Assembly (NCBI GenBank): GCA_051882495.1
Contig: JBJERX010000108.1
Location: 16,291-80,290 of the forward strand
Direction of reading: 5' to 3'
Source of the DNA: Huintestinicola sp.
GTDB lineage: Bacteria > Bacillota > Clostridia > Oscillospirales > Ruminococcaceae
DNA: 64,000 nt
Of this stretch, positions 48,565 through 58,333 are shown one piece after another. The translations under genes and the position numbers were made by a program. The notes beneath the pieces were generated by a model, which was not told the origin of the DNA, made no database searches, and worked only from the letters and a program-made list of their open reading frames with translations. Every line of letters starts with the position of its first letter. Position 1 is the first letter of the stretch.

Positions 48565-49344
48565 ATGAAAGCAGTTCTTTTAGCAGGAGGACTGGGAACA
48601 AGAATTTCCGAGGAATCCCAGTACAAGCCCAAGCCTATGATCGAAATAGGCGGAATGCCTATTCTGTGGCATATAATGAAGGAATATTCCTATTACGGAT
48701 TTAACGATTTTATCATCTGTGCAGGCTATAAGCAGCACGTTATAAAGGAATGGTTCGCAGATTATTTCCTGCATACCTCCGATATAACCTTCGATTTTAC
48801 CGAAGGCAACAAAATGGTTATACATAACATGAAGGCAGAGCCCTGGAGGGTCACAGTGGTGGATACGGGGCTTAATACAATGACAGGCGGCAGAATAAAG
48901 CGTATCCGGCCCTATATCGGCAATGAGACATTTATGATGACATATGGCGACGGCGTATGCGATGTGAATATTACCGAGCTGCTTGAGTTCCATAAGAGCC
49001 ATGGAAAGACTGCAACACTGACCGCTGTAATGCTTGAGCAGCAGAAGGGCGTACTGGATATCGGCGGCGACAATGCTGTCCACTCCTTCAGAGAAAAGGC
49101 TGCGGGAGACGGTGCACCTATTAATGCGGGATATATGGTGCTTGAGCCTGAGATCTTCGATTATATTGACGGTGATGATACCGTATTTGAGAAAAAGCCT
49201 CTGGAAACACTGGCGGCAAAGGGAGAGCTTATGAGCTATATGCACAAGGGCTTCTGGCAGTGCATGGATACAAAGCGTGAAATGGATATGCTTGAAAAGC
49301 TCCTTGCCACAGGACAGGCACCCTGGAAAAAATGGGAGGACTAA
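48565..49344 (+). CDS. rfbF: Glucose-1-phosphate cytidylyltransferase (DdhA)
   Basis: LAGGLGTRISEE..KPKPMIEIG, DTGLNTMTGGRIKR, TYGDG, GFWQCMDT. Confidence 0.95.
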   Translation: MKAVLLAGGLGTRISEESQYKPKPMIEIGGMPILWHIMKEYSYYGFNDFIICAGYKQHVIKEWFADYFLHTSDITFDFTEGNKMVIHNMKAEPWRVTVVDTGLNTMTGGRIKRIRPYIGNETFMMTYGDGVCDVNITELLEFHKSHGKTATLTAVMLEQQKGVLDIGGDNAVHSFREKAAGDGAPINAGYMVLEPEIFDYIDGDDTVFEKKPLETLAAKGELMSYMHKGFWQCMDTKREMDMLEKLLATGQAPWKKWED

Positions 49345-49349
49345 GCTCA

Positions 49350-50420
49350 ATGGACCTTAAAAGCTTTTACAAAGGGAAAAAAGTCCTCATAACGGGGCAT
49401 ACAGGCTTCAAAGGCTCATGGCTTTGCAGGATACTTGCAGGCTTCGGAGCGGAGGTGACAGGCTATTCTCTTACGCCCCCAACATCCCCCTCGCTGTTTG
49501 AGCTTGCGGAGGTTGAAAAGGACATCACTCACATTGTGGGGGATATCAGAGACCTCGACAGCCTTAAAAAAGTATTTGAGGAAAAGCGTCCCGAGATAGT
49601 TCTTCATCTTGCGGCTCAGCCTATTGTAAGGGAGAGCTATAGGAATCCCCTTGATACCTATGAGATAAATGTTATGGGCACAGCCAATATCCTGGAGTGC
49701 GTCCGTCTTACCGACTGCGTCAAGTCCTTTCTGAATGTTACTACCGATAAGGTTTATCTCAATCGTGAGTGGGAATGGGGCTACCGTGAGACAGACGAGC
49801 TGGATGGCTATGACCCTTATTCCAACTCCAAATCCTGTTCCGAGCTGGTGACACATTCATATAAAAACAGCTTTTTCTCCGACGGCAGAACAGCCATTTC
49901 CACCGCCCGTGCGGGAAATGTTATCGGCGGCGGAGATTTTGCTTCTGACAGAATAATCCCGGACTGCATCAGAGCAGCAGAAAAGCATGAGGATATAATC
50001 GTCAGAAATCCTTTTTCAACACGTCCCTATCAGCACGTTCTGGAGCCGCTTTTTGCATATCTGCTCATTGCTGCAAAGCAGTATGAGGATATCTCCTATG
50101 AGGGATATTACAATGTTGGTCCCGATGATAACTGCTGCTTTGAGACAGGCAGGATAGTTGATCTCTTTACTGAAAAATGGGGAGATGGTATCAAGTGGGT
50201 CAATAAGTATGACGGCGGACCTCACGAAGCTAATTTCCTGAAGCTTGACTGTGCTAAGATAAAGACTAAATTCGGCTGGAGACCTACCTGGGAGCTTCCC
50301 GAGACTATGGATAAAATAGTTGAGTGGACAAAGCTTTATATCAGCGGGGCATCTGCCATTGAGCTGAAAGAATGTATGGACAGGCAGATAAATGAATTTA
50401 TGGAACAGATGAATAAATAA
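49350..50420 (+). CDS. rfbG: CDP-glucose 4,6-dehydratase (DdhB)
   Basis: ITGHTGFKGSWL, HLAAQP, TTDKVY, DPYSNSK, RAGNVIGGGD, RPYQHVLEPL, HEANFLKLD. Confidence 0.95.
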   Translation: MDLKSFYKGKKVLITGHTGFKGSWLCRILAGFGAEVTGYSLTPPTSPSLFELAEVEKDITHIVGDIRDLDSLKKVFEEKRPEIVLHLAAQPIVRESYRNPLDTYEINVMGTANILECVRLTDCVKSFLNVTTDKVYLNREWEWGYRETDELDGYDPYSNSKSCSELVTHSYKNSFFSDGRTAISTARAGNVIGGGDFASDRIIPDCIRAAEKHEDIIVRNPFSTRPYQHVLEPLFAYLLIAAKQYEDISYEGYYNVGPDDNCCFETGRIVDLFTEKWGDGIKWVNKYDGGPHEANFLKLDCAKIKTKFGWRPTWELPETMDKIVEWTKLYISGASAIELKECMDRQINEFMEQMNK

Positions 50421-50441
50421 TTTTGAAAGGAATCGTATAAA

Positions 50442-51788
50442 ATGAGCAAGTGGAATACCGAAGCAGAGGCAAGAGATCAGATAAAGGCTCTTGTTGCTGA
50501 TTATTACCATAACTTTAAGGAAAATAAGGCTCCCTTTGAAAAGGGCAACAGAATAAGCTATGCATCAAGAGTATTTGATGAAAAGGAAATGTGTGCACTT
50601 ACCGATGCTATGCTTGATTTTTGGCTTACCACAGGCAGATTTGCCGATGAATTTGAGAAGGAGTTTGCAAAGTGGATAGGCGTAAAGCATGCACATCTTG
50701 TAAACAGCGGTTCTTCCGCAAATCTTATTGCATTTATGGCACTTACCGCACCTGAGCTTGGCGACAGACAGATAAAGAGAGGGGACGAGGTCATTACTGT
50801 AGCCTGCGGCTTCCCCACAACTGTCACACCTATTCTTCAGTACGGGGCAGTGCCTGTTTTCGTTGATGTGACCGTTCCTCAGTATAACATTGATGTGAAC
50901 GCACTTGAAGCGGCTCTCAGCGATAAGACCAAGGCTGTTATGATAGCACATACGCTGGGAAATCCCTTTGACCTTAAGGCTGTAAAGGCATTCTGTGATA
51001 AGCATGGTCTCTGGCTTGTAGAGGATAACTGCGACGCTTTGGGCACACAGTACACCATTGACGGTGAGACACGCTTCACAGGCACATGGGGAGATATAGG
51101 CACATCAAGCTTCTATCCTCCTCACCACATGACTATGGGCGAGGGCGGCTGTGTTTATACCAATGACCCCAAGCTTTCAAGACTTATCCTTTCTTATCGT
51201 GACTGGGGAAGAGACTGCATCTGTCCTTCGGGCAGGGACAATTTCTGTAACCATCGTTTTGACGGACAGTTCGGTGAGCTTCCTCAGGGCTACGACCACA
51301 AGTATGTTTACAGCCATTTCGGATATAATCTTAAGGTTACGGATATGCAGGCAGCTGTAGGCTGCGAGCAGCTGAAAAAGTTCCCTTCATTTATTGAGAG
51401 ACGCCGTCACAACCATGACAGGCTCCTTAAGGCTCTTGAATGCGTAAGCGACAAGCTTATCCTTCCCGTTCCCGCCGAGAACAGCCGTCCTTCCTGGTTT
51501 GGCTTCCTCATTTCCGTTAAGCCCGAAAGCGGCAGGACAAGAAACGAGGTCACAAAATATATTGAATCCCACAATATTCAGACAAGACTGCTTTTCAGCG
51601 GCAACCTTATCAAGCACCCCTGCTTCGACCAGATCAGAGGCACAGACGCTTACAGGATTGCAGGCAGCCTTGAAAATACCGATTTTATTATGAATAACAC
51701 CTTCTGGGTGGGGGTTTATCCCGGTATGACAGATGAGATGATAGATTATATGGCTGAAGTTATTATTGAGGCTGTGAAGTATGAATGA
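50442..51788 (+). CDS. rfbH: CDP-4-keto-6-deoxyglucose 3-dehydrase E1 (DdhC)
   Basis: SFYPPHHMTMGEGG has His in place of the aminotransferase Lys; GRDCICPSGRDNFC..YDH fits the E1 Fe-S ligand pattern. Confidence 0.92.
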   Translation: MSKWNTEAEARDQIKALVADYYHNFKENKAPFEKGNRISYASRVFDEKEMCALTDAMLDFWLTTGRFADEFEKEFAKWIGVKHAHLVNSGSSANLIAFMALTAPELGDRQIKRGDEVITVACGFPTTVTPILQYGAVPVFVDVTVPQYNIDVNALEAALSDKTKAVMIAHTLGNPFDLKAVKAFCDKHGLWLVEDNCDALGTQYTIDGETRFTGTWGDIGTSSFYPPHHMTMGEGGCVYTNDPKLSRLILSYRDWGRDCICPSGRDNFCNHRFDGQFGELPQGYDHKYVYSHFGYNLKVTDMQAAVGCEQLKKFPSFIERRRHNHDRLLKALECVSDKLILPVPAENSRPSWFGFLISVKPESGRTRNEVTKYIESHNIQTRLLFSGNLIKHPCFDQIRGTDAYRIAGSLENTDFIMNNTFWVGVYPGMTDEMIDYMAEVIIEAVKYE

Positions 51789-52767
51789 TACAAAGAAAAC
51801 CGTAAGCGTGGTAATTCCTACCTATAATGAAATAGAAAATGTTCAGGCAGTTGCAGATGCGGTAGTGAAAGAGTTAACGGATAATCTGCCCGAGTATAAC
51901 TATGAGCTGCTGTTTATCGATAACAAGTCCACTGATGGTACAAGAGATGTTATCAGAAAGCTCTGTTCCGAAAATCCGTGTATCAAGGCTATTTTTAATA
52001 TAAAGAATTTTGGACCCGACAATTCTCCGTATTATGGTCTGCTTCAGGCAACGGGTGACTGTGTGATCCCATTTAGCGCTGATTTTCAGGATCCTATTGA
52101 AATGATACACAAAATGGTTCGAGAATGGGAAAAAGGAAATAAGGTAATAACAGCAATAAAGCAAACAAGCCGTGAAAACAAGCTGCTGCGTTTCTTAAGA
52201 ACAATTTATTATAAGTTGATCCGCAAAATATCAAGCACCGAGATAATAGAACATTTTACAGGTTTCGGACTTTATGATCGTTCATTTGTGGATATACTTC
52301 GTTCGATAAATGATCCAGTCCCGTTCTTCAGAGGGGTTGTGGCAGAGTTCAGCGACAGTCGGTTGGAAATGCCCTATGAGCAGCAGAAAAGAAGAGCGGG
52401 GAAGAGTCATATAAGATTTTTCACTCTATACGATATGGTAATGAGGAGCATAACCTCGTATACAAGGATAGGTTTGCGCATAGCTACGCTTATTGGATTC
52501 GGAACTGCAGCAATTTCGCTGCTGGTTGCTGTTATTTACTTTATATATAAGCTTTTAAATTGGGATAGCTTCAATACGGGTATGGCTCCTGTTGTTATTG
52601 GCATATTCTTCTTCAGTTCAATACAGCTTGCATTTCTCGGACTGATGGGAGAATATGTTATGAGTATAAATAACAGGATAATTAACAGACCATTGGTAAT
52701 AGAAGCTGAAAGAATAAATTTTGTCAGCTCCGAAATAACAACCTTATCGGATAAAGACAGCTTATGA
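51781..52767 (+). CDS. GT2 polyprenyl-phosphate glycosyltransferase (GtrB-like)
   Basis: VVIPTYNE, FIDNKSTDGT, SADFQDP, RRAGKS, two C-terminal TMs. Confidence 0.85.
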   Translation: MNDTKKTVSVVIPTYNEIENVQAVADAVVKELTDNLPEYNYELLFIDNKSTDGTRDVIRKLCSENPCIKAIFNIKNFGPDNSPYYGLLQATGDCVIPFSADFQDPIEMIHKMVREWEKGNKVITAIKQTSRENKLLRFLRTIYYKLIRKISSTEIIEHFTGFGLYDRSFVDILRSINDPVPFFRGVVAEFSDSRLEMPYEQQKRRAGKSHIRFFTLYDMVMRSITSYTRIGLRIATLIGFGTAAISLLVAVIYFIYKLLNWDSFNTGMAPVVIGIFFFSSIQLAFLGLMGEYVMSINNRIINRPLVIEAERINFVSSEITTLSDKDSL

Positions 52768-52800
52768 TAATATATGATATGTCACGGAGGCATAAAATTG

Positions 52801-53859
52801 ATGAATGCACAAATAAAGCTGCTTGACTGTACTCTCAGAGATGGCGGATTTGCTCTTGAAGATGCGGAAAAAAATAATATTTCTGCAGGCACATTTTCAG
52901 AGGATGATAGGAATCATATAGCACAGAAGATGACAGAAAGCGGTGCGGAAATAATCGAGCTTGGAGCTATTGAGGTCACTCCTTCCGACAGAAAAGGCTT
53001 TGCCATTTACCCGGATATCGAAAGCATCTCTGCTGTGATGCCTCCGAAAAAGAACAGCAGCCAGCTTTATGCAGGCTTTTTCAGGGGGCCCGACAGACCT
53101 CTTGAGGAAATCCCGCCCTATTCCGAGAATATGCTGGAAGCTGTAAGAGTTTGTCTCAGATATTCCGAGCTGAGGAAATCCCTTGATTACTGTAAGGGAC
53201 TATGCGAAAAAGGATATAAAGTATTTATTCAACCAATGGTCACTGCACGCTATACGGATGAGGAGCTTTCTCTTCTTACCCAAGAGGCAAACTCTATGGG
53301 AGCATATGCTCTGTACTTTGTGGACAGCTACGGCTTTATGACCGAGGAGGATGTGGCGTATTATTTCGGACGATTTGACCGTGAACTTGCCCCCTCAATC
53401 AAAATAGGCTTTCACGCCCACAATAATATGGAAATGGCACTGCCCAATGTATTGTCCTTTATAAAAAATTGCGGAAGCAGAGAAATAATTATTGATTCCT
53501 GTGCCGACGGTATGGGACAAGGCACGGGCAATCTCCAGACCGAGATAATTATGAATTATCTCAACAGGATGTATGGCAAGAACTACTGCCTAGATAAGGT
53601 CTTCGATGTATGTGAGACTATAGGGAAATTTAATTCAAACAGGCTTTGGGGTTACCTGCCTGCAAGATTTATTCCTGCTGTGAATGGCACCGCCTACAAA
53701 TATGCCTTGGCATTAAAAAATAAGTATGGAATGAGCCTCGCAGAAATACACAGCATTCTCAGCAATATCTCTGAAGAGCTGAGATACAGATATACTCCCG
53801 AAAATGCAGAAAAGCTTGTTATTGACAGTGGGATCTATGTAAATAAGGATGGTAAATAA
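52801..53859 (+). CDS. DRE-TIM (HMGL-like) aldolase, 4-hydroxy-2-oxovalerate aldolase-like
   Basis: LLDCTLRDGG, YFVDSYG, GFHAHNN metal site, GMGQGTGN. Confidence 0.8.
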   Translation: MNAQIKLLDCTLRDGGFALEDAEKNNISAGTFSEDDRNHIAQKMTESGAEIIELGAIEVTPSDRKGFAIYPDIESISAVMPPKKNSSQLYAGFFRGPDRPLEEIPPYSENMLEAVRVCLRYSELRKSLDYCKGLCEKGYKVFIQPMVTARYTDEELSLLTQEANSMGAYALYFVDSYGFMTEEDVAYYFGRFDRELAPSIKIGFHAHNNMEMALPNVLSFIKNCGSREIIIDSCADGMGQGTGNLQTEIIMNYLNRMYGKNYCLDKVFDVCETIGKFNSNRLWGYLPARFIPAVNGTAYKYALALKNKYGMSLAEIHSILSNISEELRYRYTPENAEKLVIDSGIYVNKDGK

Positions 53860-53861
53860 GT

Positions 53862-55529
53862 ATGACTGTTGCCGAATATATCGTTAGCGAGATGATAAAA
53901 TGCGGTGTAACAGATGCCTTTGGTATACCGGGTGGAGTTATATTAAAGCTGCTTGCTGCAATGAAAAAAGCAGAACCGGTTCTAACTCCTCATCTGACAT
54001 ATCACGAGCAGACAGCAGGCTTTGCGGCTCTCGGTTATGCTCAGTCAAGCGGAAGGTTAGGTGTTGCTTATTCAACAAGAGGACCTGGTATTACCAATAT
54101 GATTACCTGTATTGCTGAAGCATATCAGGAATCGCTGCCCGTGCTGTTTATCACAGCTCATGGCAGGCGGATGGAGAATAATGTAAGATTTAACGATAAT
54201 CAGGAGCTTGAAGTAGTCAGCTGCATTTCAAAATTCACCAAATTTGCAGCTAATGCCGATACTCCCCACGATGCAGCTAAAATGCTCAAAAAAGCAATTA
54301 ACATTGCGGTGAGTGGAAGAAAGGGACCTGTTTTTCTTGATTTTGCGGCATCCGTTTTCGATAATGAGATTTCTGACGTACCCGAAGAGCATACGGTTTT
54401 GGAGGATAATAGCTCTGTTTCAAAAGCTGCAGATAATGCGACGAAGTTGCTTTCCTCTGCAAAGCGTCCGATATTGCTTATTGGTGACGGACTTAGATAT
54501 TATTCAAAGGACAAACTTAAGAAAATTGCAGAAACACTTAAGATCCCCGTGCTTTCAAGCAGAGGTTCTCAGGATCTTTTGGGAGGCTCGGAGTATTATT
54601 TCGGGTATGTGGGCAGCCACGGTGTAAGATACAGCAACTTTATCCTTTCAAAGGCAGACCTTATCATTGCTGTGGGAAACAGAATGGCATTCCCTCTAAA
54701 CTCGGCAAGCTTTTCTCCTGTTATCAATAATGCAATCATATTCAGAGTGGATATTGATGAAAATGAGCTGAGCCGTCATATTCCTAATGAATATGCTTTT
54801 GCTTGTGACGGCGGAATGTTTCTTGAACTGCTTATGGGGAAGTATCATTTTGAACAAGGCACCGAAGGCTGGCTTGACGTTTGTCGATGCCTTAAAAGAG
54901 AGCTTATTGATGAGGACTGCAATGAAACAGTAAGAAGACTGTCATCATTCATGTCTGCACAGTCTGCCGGAAAGCATTATGTCTGTGATGTTGGAAATAA
55001 TGAATTCCTGTTTTCAAGGGCATATGAGTACATTGGCTCAGAAGATAGTATATGCTGCTCAAAATCCTTCGGTACCTTAGGTTCTTCTATAGGACGTGCT
55101 ATTGGTGTATATTATGCATCCGGCGGAGAAGTTATCTGTGTATGCGGAGATCAGGGCTTTCAGTATAATTCACAGGATCTGCATTATATTTCTCAATGGA
55201 AGCTTCCAATCAGGATAGTTTTACTGAACAATTCCCGCTCGGGAATGATAGCAGATCACGAAAAGAATGTGCTGGGTGATATGAGAATTCATATTGATGA
55301 AGGATCGGGCTACAAAACTCCTGATTTTGCCAAGGTTGCTCAATGCTACGGTATAGAGTATACATCAGATCAGGATACTGCCTGTATGGATAATAATGAA
55401 CCTTTGCTTTATGAGATAAAGTCTGACGAGTGCGGTATCCTTTCACCTTCTTTACCAAAAGGAAATCCCTGTCAGGATATGTTCCCTCTTCTTGACAGAA
55501 ATAAATATGAGTATCTTGATAAACTTTGA
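53862..55529 (+). CDS. Acetolactate-synthase-like ThDP enzyme (YerE-like carboligase)
   Basis: FGIPGG, HEQTAGFAA, RGPGITN, GRKGPVFLD, ThDP motif CGDQG..LLNN; glycan-locus context. Confidence 0.8.
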   Translation: MTVAEYIVSEMIKCGVTDAFGIPGGVILKLLAAMKKAEPVLTPHLTYHEQTAGFAALGYAQSSGRLGVAYSTRGPGITNMITCIAEAYQESLPVLFITAHGRRMENNVRFNDNQELEVVSCISKFTKFAANADTPHDAAKMLKKAINIAVSGRKGPVFLDFAASVFDNEISDVPEEHTVLEDNSSVSKAADNATKLLSSAKRPILLIGDGLRYYSKDKLKKIAETLKIPVLSSRGSQDLLGGSEYYFGYVGSHGVRYSNFILSKADLIIAVGNRMAFPLNSASFSPVINNAIIFRVDIDENELSRHIPNEYAFACDGGMFLELLMGKYHFEQGTEGWLDVCRCLKRELIDEDCNETVRRLSSFMSAQSAGKHYVCDVGNNEFLFSRAYEYIGSEDSICCSKSFGTLGSSIGRAIGVYYASGGEVICVCGDQGFQYNSQDLHYISQWKLPIRIVLLNNSRSGMIADHEKNVLGDMRIHIDEGSGYKTPDFAKVAQCYGIEYTSDQDTACMDNNEPLLYEIKSDECGILSPSLPKGNPCQDMFPLLDRNKYEYLDKL

Positions 55530-55543
55530 TCGGAGGAACGTTT

Positions 55544-57301
55544 ATGTATATCGAAAATATCAGCAGTCCAGCAGATTTGAAAAAGCTATCAATGGATGAA
55601 TGTGAAGCTCTTGCTTCCGAAATTCGTTCAATGCTTATAAAAAAAGCTTCTATTAATGGCGGACATCTTGCTTCTAATCTGGGTATGGTCGAAGCAGCTA
55701 TAGCTCTGCACTATGTATTTGACTCACCTTCCGATAAGATCATATTTGACGTTTCTCACCAGTGCTATACCCATAAGATACTTACCGGCAGAAAAGCTGC
55801 ATTTACTGATGTGGATAAATACTCCTCGGTAAACGGCTATACAAATCCTGATGAAAGTGAGCACGATCTGTTTAAGGTAGGTCATACTGCAACATCCATA
55901 AGCCTTGCCTGTGGTCTTGCAAAGGCAAGAAACATCAGAGGCGGTAAAGAAAGCATTATTGCAGTTATCGGAGATGGTTCGCTAAGCGGAGGAGAAGCTT
56001 TTGAAGGGCTTGATTTCGGCGGTTCTGATATTGAGGGTAATTTTATTGTGCTTTTCAATGACAATCAGATGTCTATTGCGGAAAATCACGGCGGCATCTA
56101 CAATAATCTTGCTCTGCTCAGAAATACTGAGGGAAAAGCTGAAAATAATCTTTTTAAGGCCTTTGGATATGACTATATTTTTGTTAAGGATGGCAACAGT
56201 ATAGTGCAGATTGTGAATGCACTCAGAGAGGCAAAAGAGCTTGACCACCCTGTCGTTGTTCATATATGCACGGTAAAAGGAAAAGGCTATGACTTTGCCG
56301 AAAGCCACAAGGAAAGCACTCATTGGGTAAAACCCTTTAATATTGACAGCGGACTTGAAAAAAATCCTTTTAACGGAGAACGCTACGACAGGCTCATGCG
56401 AGATCACCTAATCGAAAAAATGGAAGAGGATCCCAATGTAGTTACAATGATAGCTGCTGTCCCCGATTCGCTCAATTTTACTGCCGAACACAGAAAAAAG
56501 GCAGGGAAGCAGTTTGTTGATGTAGGTATTGCAGAGGAGCATGCTGTTTCTATGGCGGCTGGTCTTGCAAAGAATGGCTGCAAGCCCGTTTTTGCCACAA
56601 TGTCTACATTCTTCCAGAGGACATATGACCAGATATCTCAGGAACTATGTATCAACAATACGCCTGTCACTCTTCTTGTAATAAATGCTTCTGTTTATTC
56701 AGTAAATGATATTACTCATATTGGAATATTCGATATTCCAATGATGTCAAATATACCGAATCTTGTGTATCTTGCTCCCACAAATAAACAGGAATATCTT
56801 GCCATGACGGACTGGAGTATAGATCAGCAGCAATATCCGGTAGCAATAAGAGCACCCAGAAACGGTGTGTATAATGCAAAGGACGATGTTGACACCGATT
56901 ACAGCTGTCTTAACAAATATAAGGTCGTTACAAAAGGTGAAAAGGTTGCTGTCCTTGCATTAGGAAGCTTTTTCCAGTTGGGCGAGGAGATTTTGAAAAA
57001 AATTTCAGACAGCCTTGGTTTTGTACCTACACTGATAAATCCGAGATATATCACGGGTATTGATAACGAGCTTCTTGAAAGACTGAAAAAGGATCATGAT
57101 GTCGTTATTACTCTGGAGGACGGCGTTCTTGACGGCGGATGGGGTCAGAAGATAGCATCATTCTATGGTAATTCTGAAATGAAGGTACTGAATTATGGAC
57201 TGAAAAAAGAATTCCTCGACAGATATGACTTGAACAAGGTCATGACCGAGAATCGCCTCATACCTGAGCTTATCCTTGAAGATATCAGGGGAATTCTTTG
57301 A
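55544..57301 (+). CDS. DXS-like ThDP carboligase 1 (short type, 585 aa)
   Basis: GGHLASNLG, FDVSHQ, GDGSLSGG..NDN, IAEEHA, TFFQRTYDQ; GGAGG RBS before ATG 55544. Confidence 0.85.
   Translation: MYIENISSPADLKKLSMDECEALASEIRSMLIKKASINGGHLASNLGMVEAAIALHYVFDSPSDKIIFDVSHQCYTHKILTGRKAAFTDVDKYSSVNGYTNPDESEHDLFKVGHTATSISLACGLAKARNIRGGKESIIAVIGDGSLSGGEAFEGLDFGGSDIEGNFIVLFNDNQMSIAENHGGIYNNLALLRNTEGKAENNLFKAFGYDYIFVKDGNSIVQIVNALREAKELDHPVVVHICTVKGKGYDFAESHKESTHWVKPFNIDSGLEKNPFNGERYDRLMRDHLIEKMEEDPNVVTMIAAVPDSLNFTAEHRKKAGKQFVDVGIAEEHAVSMAAGLAKNGCKPVFATMSTFFQRTYDQISQELCINNTPVTLLVINASVYSVNDITHIGIFDIPMMSNIPNLVYLAPTNKQEYLAMTDWSIDQQQYPVAIRAPRNGVYNAKDDVDTDYSCLNKYKVVTKGEKVAVLALGSFFQLGEEILKKISDSLGFVPTLINPRYITGIDNELLERLKKDHDVVITLEDGVLDGGWGQKIASFYGNSEMKVLNYGLKKEFLDRYDLNKVMTENRLIPELILEDIRGIL
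57068..57295 (+). repeat. 228-bp direct repeat, copy 1 (3' end of DXS-like 1)
   Basis: 227 of 228 bases identical to 60137-60364 (offset 3,069 bp), compared by eye. Confidence 0.95.
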
Positions 57302-57337
57302 TTATAATCCTATTGATAAAGGAGTAACTGCATAGAA

Positions 57338-58333
57338 ATGAAAGATATAACTATATTAGTTACAGGTGCCACGGGTTTATTGGGCTATAATCTTGTTAAT
57401 CAATTGATTGACAGGGACGTAAAAGTAATTGCATTGGGAAGAAGCGAAGAAAAGCTTCGTAACTGCTTTAACGAACATATCGGAAAAGATTATTTTTCAT
57501 ATATAGCGTCTGATATTTCCGGGCTAAAGTTACCTATAGATGAACCAATCGATTGTATTTTTCACGCAGCAGGATCGATTGAATTGAAAACAATAGTCGA
57601 GCAACCAATGAATATTGTAAATCCTAACAGTTTAGGCACTATTTCCTGCTTGGAATTCTTAAAAGAACAAGAAATAAGGAGCGGTAAAAGAGGAAGACTC
57701 ATTTACTTCTCCAGTGAAGCAGTATATGGTAAAAGCAGCAATGATAGACGGGTCACAGAGGAGGATACGGAAATATCCGATTCGCTTACAGTCCAAAGAT
57801 CACCCTACTCACATTCCAAAAGGATCGGAGAAGTAATTGTAAACGGCTATCACAAGCAATATAACACCGATTCATTGAGTGTGAGACTTTCCTGGGTATA
57901 TGGAAATGCAAAAATCAGACCCAAGCAAGCACTGTTTGATTTTATTCAAACCGCTCTTGAGGGAAATGATATAATAATCAGAAACGCCAACACTCCCAGA
58001 CGAGATAATATCTGCATGAAGGATGCTATGGAAGCATTGATCTGTATAGCTCAGAAGGGAACGGCAGGGGAGGCTTATAACATTTCTTCAGGCGGAGACT
58101 GCGGCAATTTCGCGTCGGCTGCCGAGATCGCAGAGATCGTTGCTGATATTGTAAACAGCAAACAGTATTCACCCAAGCCTGTACATGTGCTTTACGAAAA
58201 TGAATTATCCAAAAGAGAAGGCGGGATTATTATGGACAATTCCAAGCTTAAAATGCTGGGATGGGACATAACAACTGGACTTCGTGATGGAATTGAAAAG
58301 TTAATAGATGAGGTAAGAAACAATGTATATTGA
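57338..58333 (+). CDS. Extended SDR (NAD(P)-dependent NDP-sugar reductase/epimerase)
   Basis: VTGATGLLG, SSEAVYG, YSHSK catalytic YxxxK, RLSWVYG. Confidence 0.85.
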   Translation: MKDITILVTGATGLLGYNLVNQLIDRDVKVIALGRSEEKLRNCFNEHIGKDYFSYIASDISGLKLPIDEPIDCIFHAAGSIELKTIVEQPMNIVNPNSLGTISCLEFLKEQEIRSGKRGRLIYFSSEAVYGKSSNDRRVTEEDTEISDSLTVQRSPYSHSKRIGEVIVNGYHKQYNTDSLSVRLSWVYGNAKIRPKQALFDFIQTALEGNDIIIRNANTPRRDNICMKDAMEALICIAQKGTAGEAYNISSGGDCGNFASAAEIAEIVADIVNSKQYSPKPVHVLYENELSKREGGIIMDNSKLKMLGWDITTGLRDGIEKLIDEVRNNVY

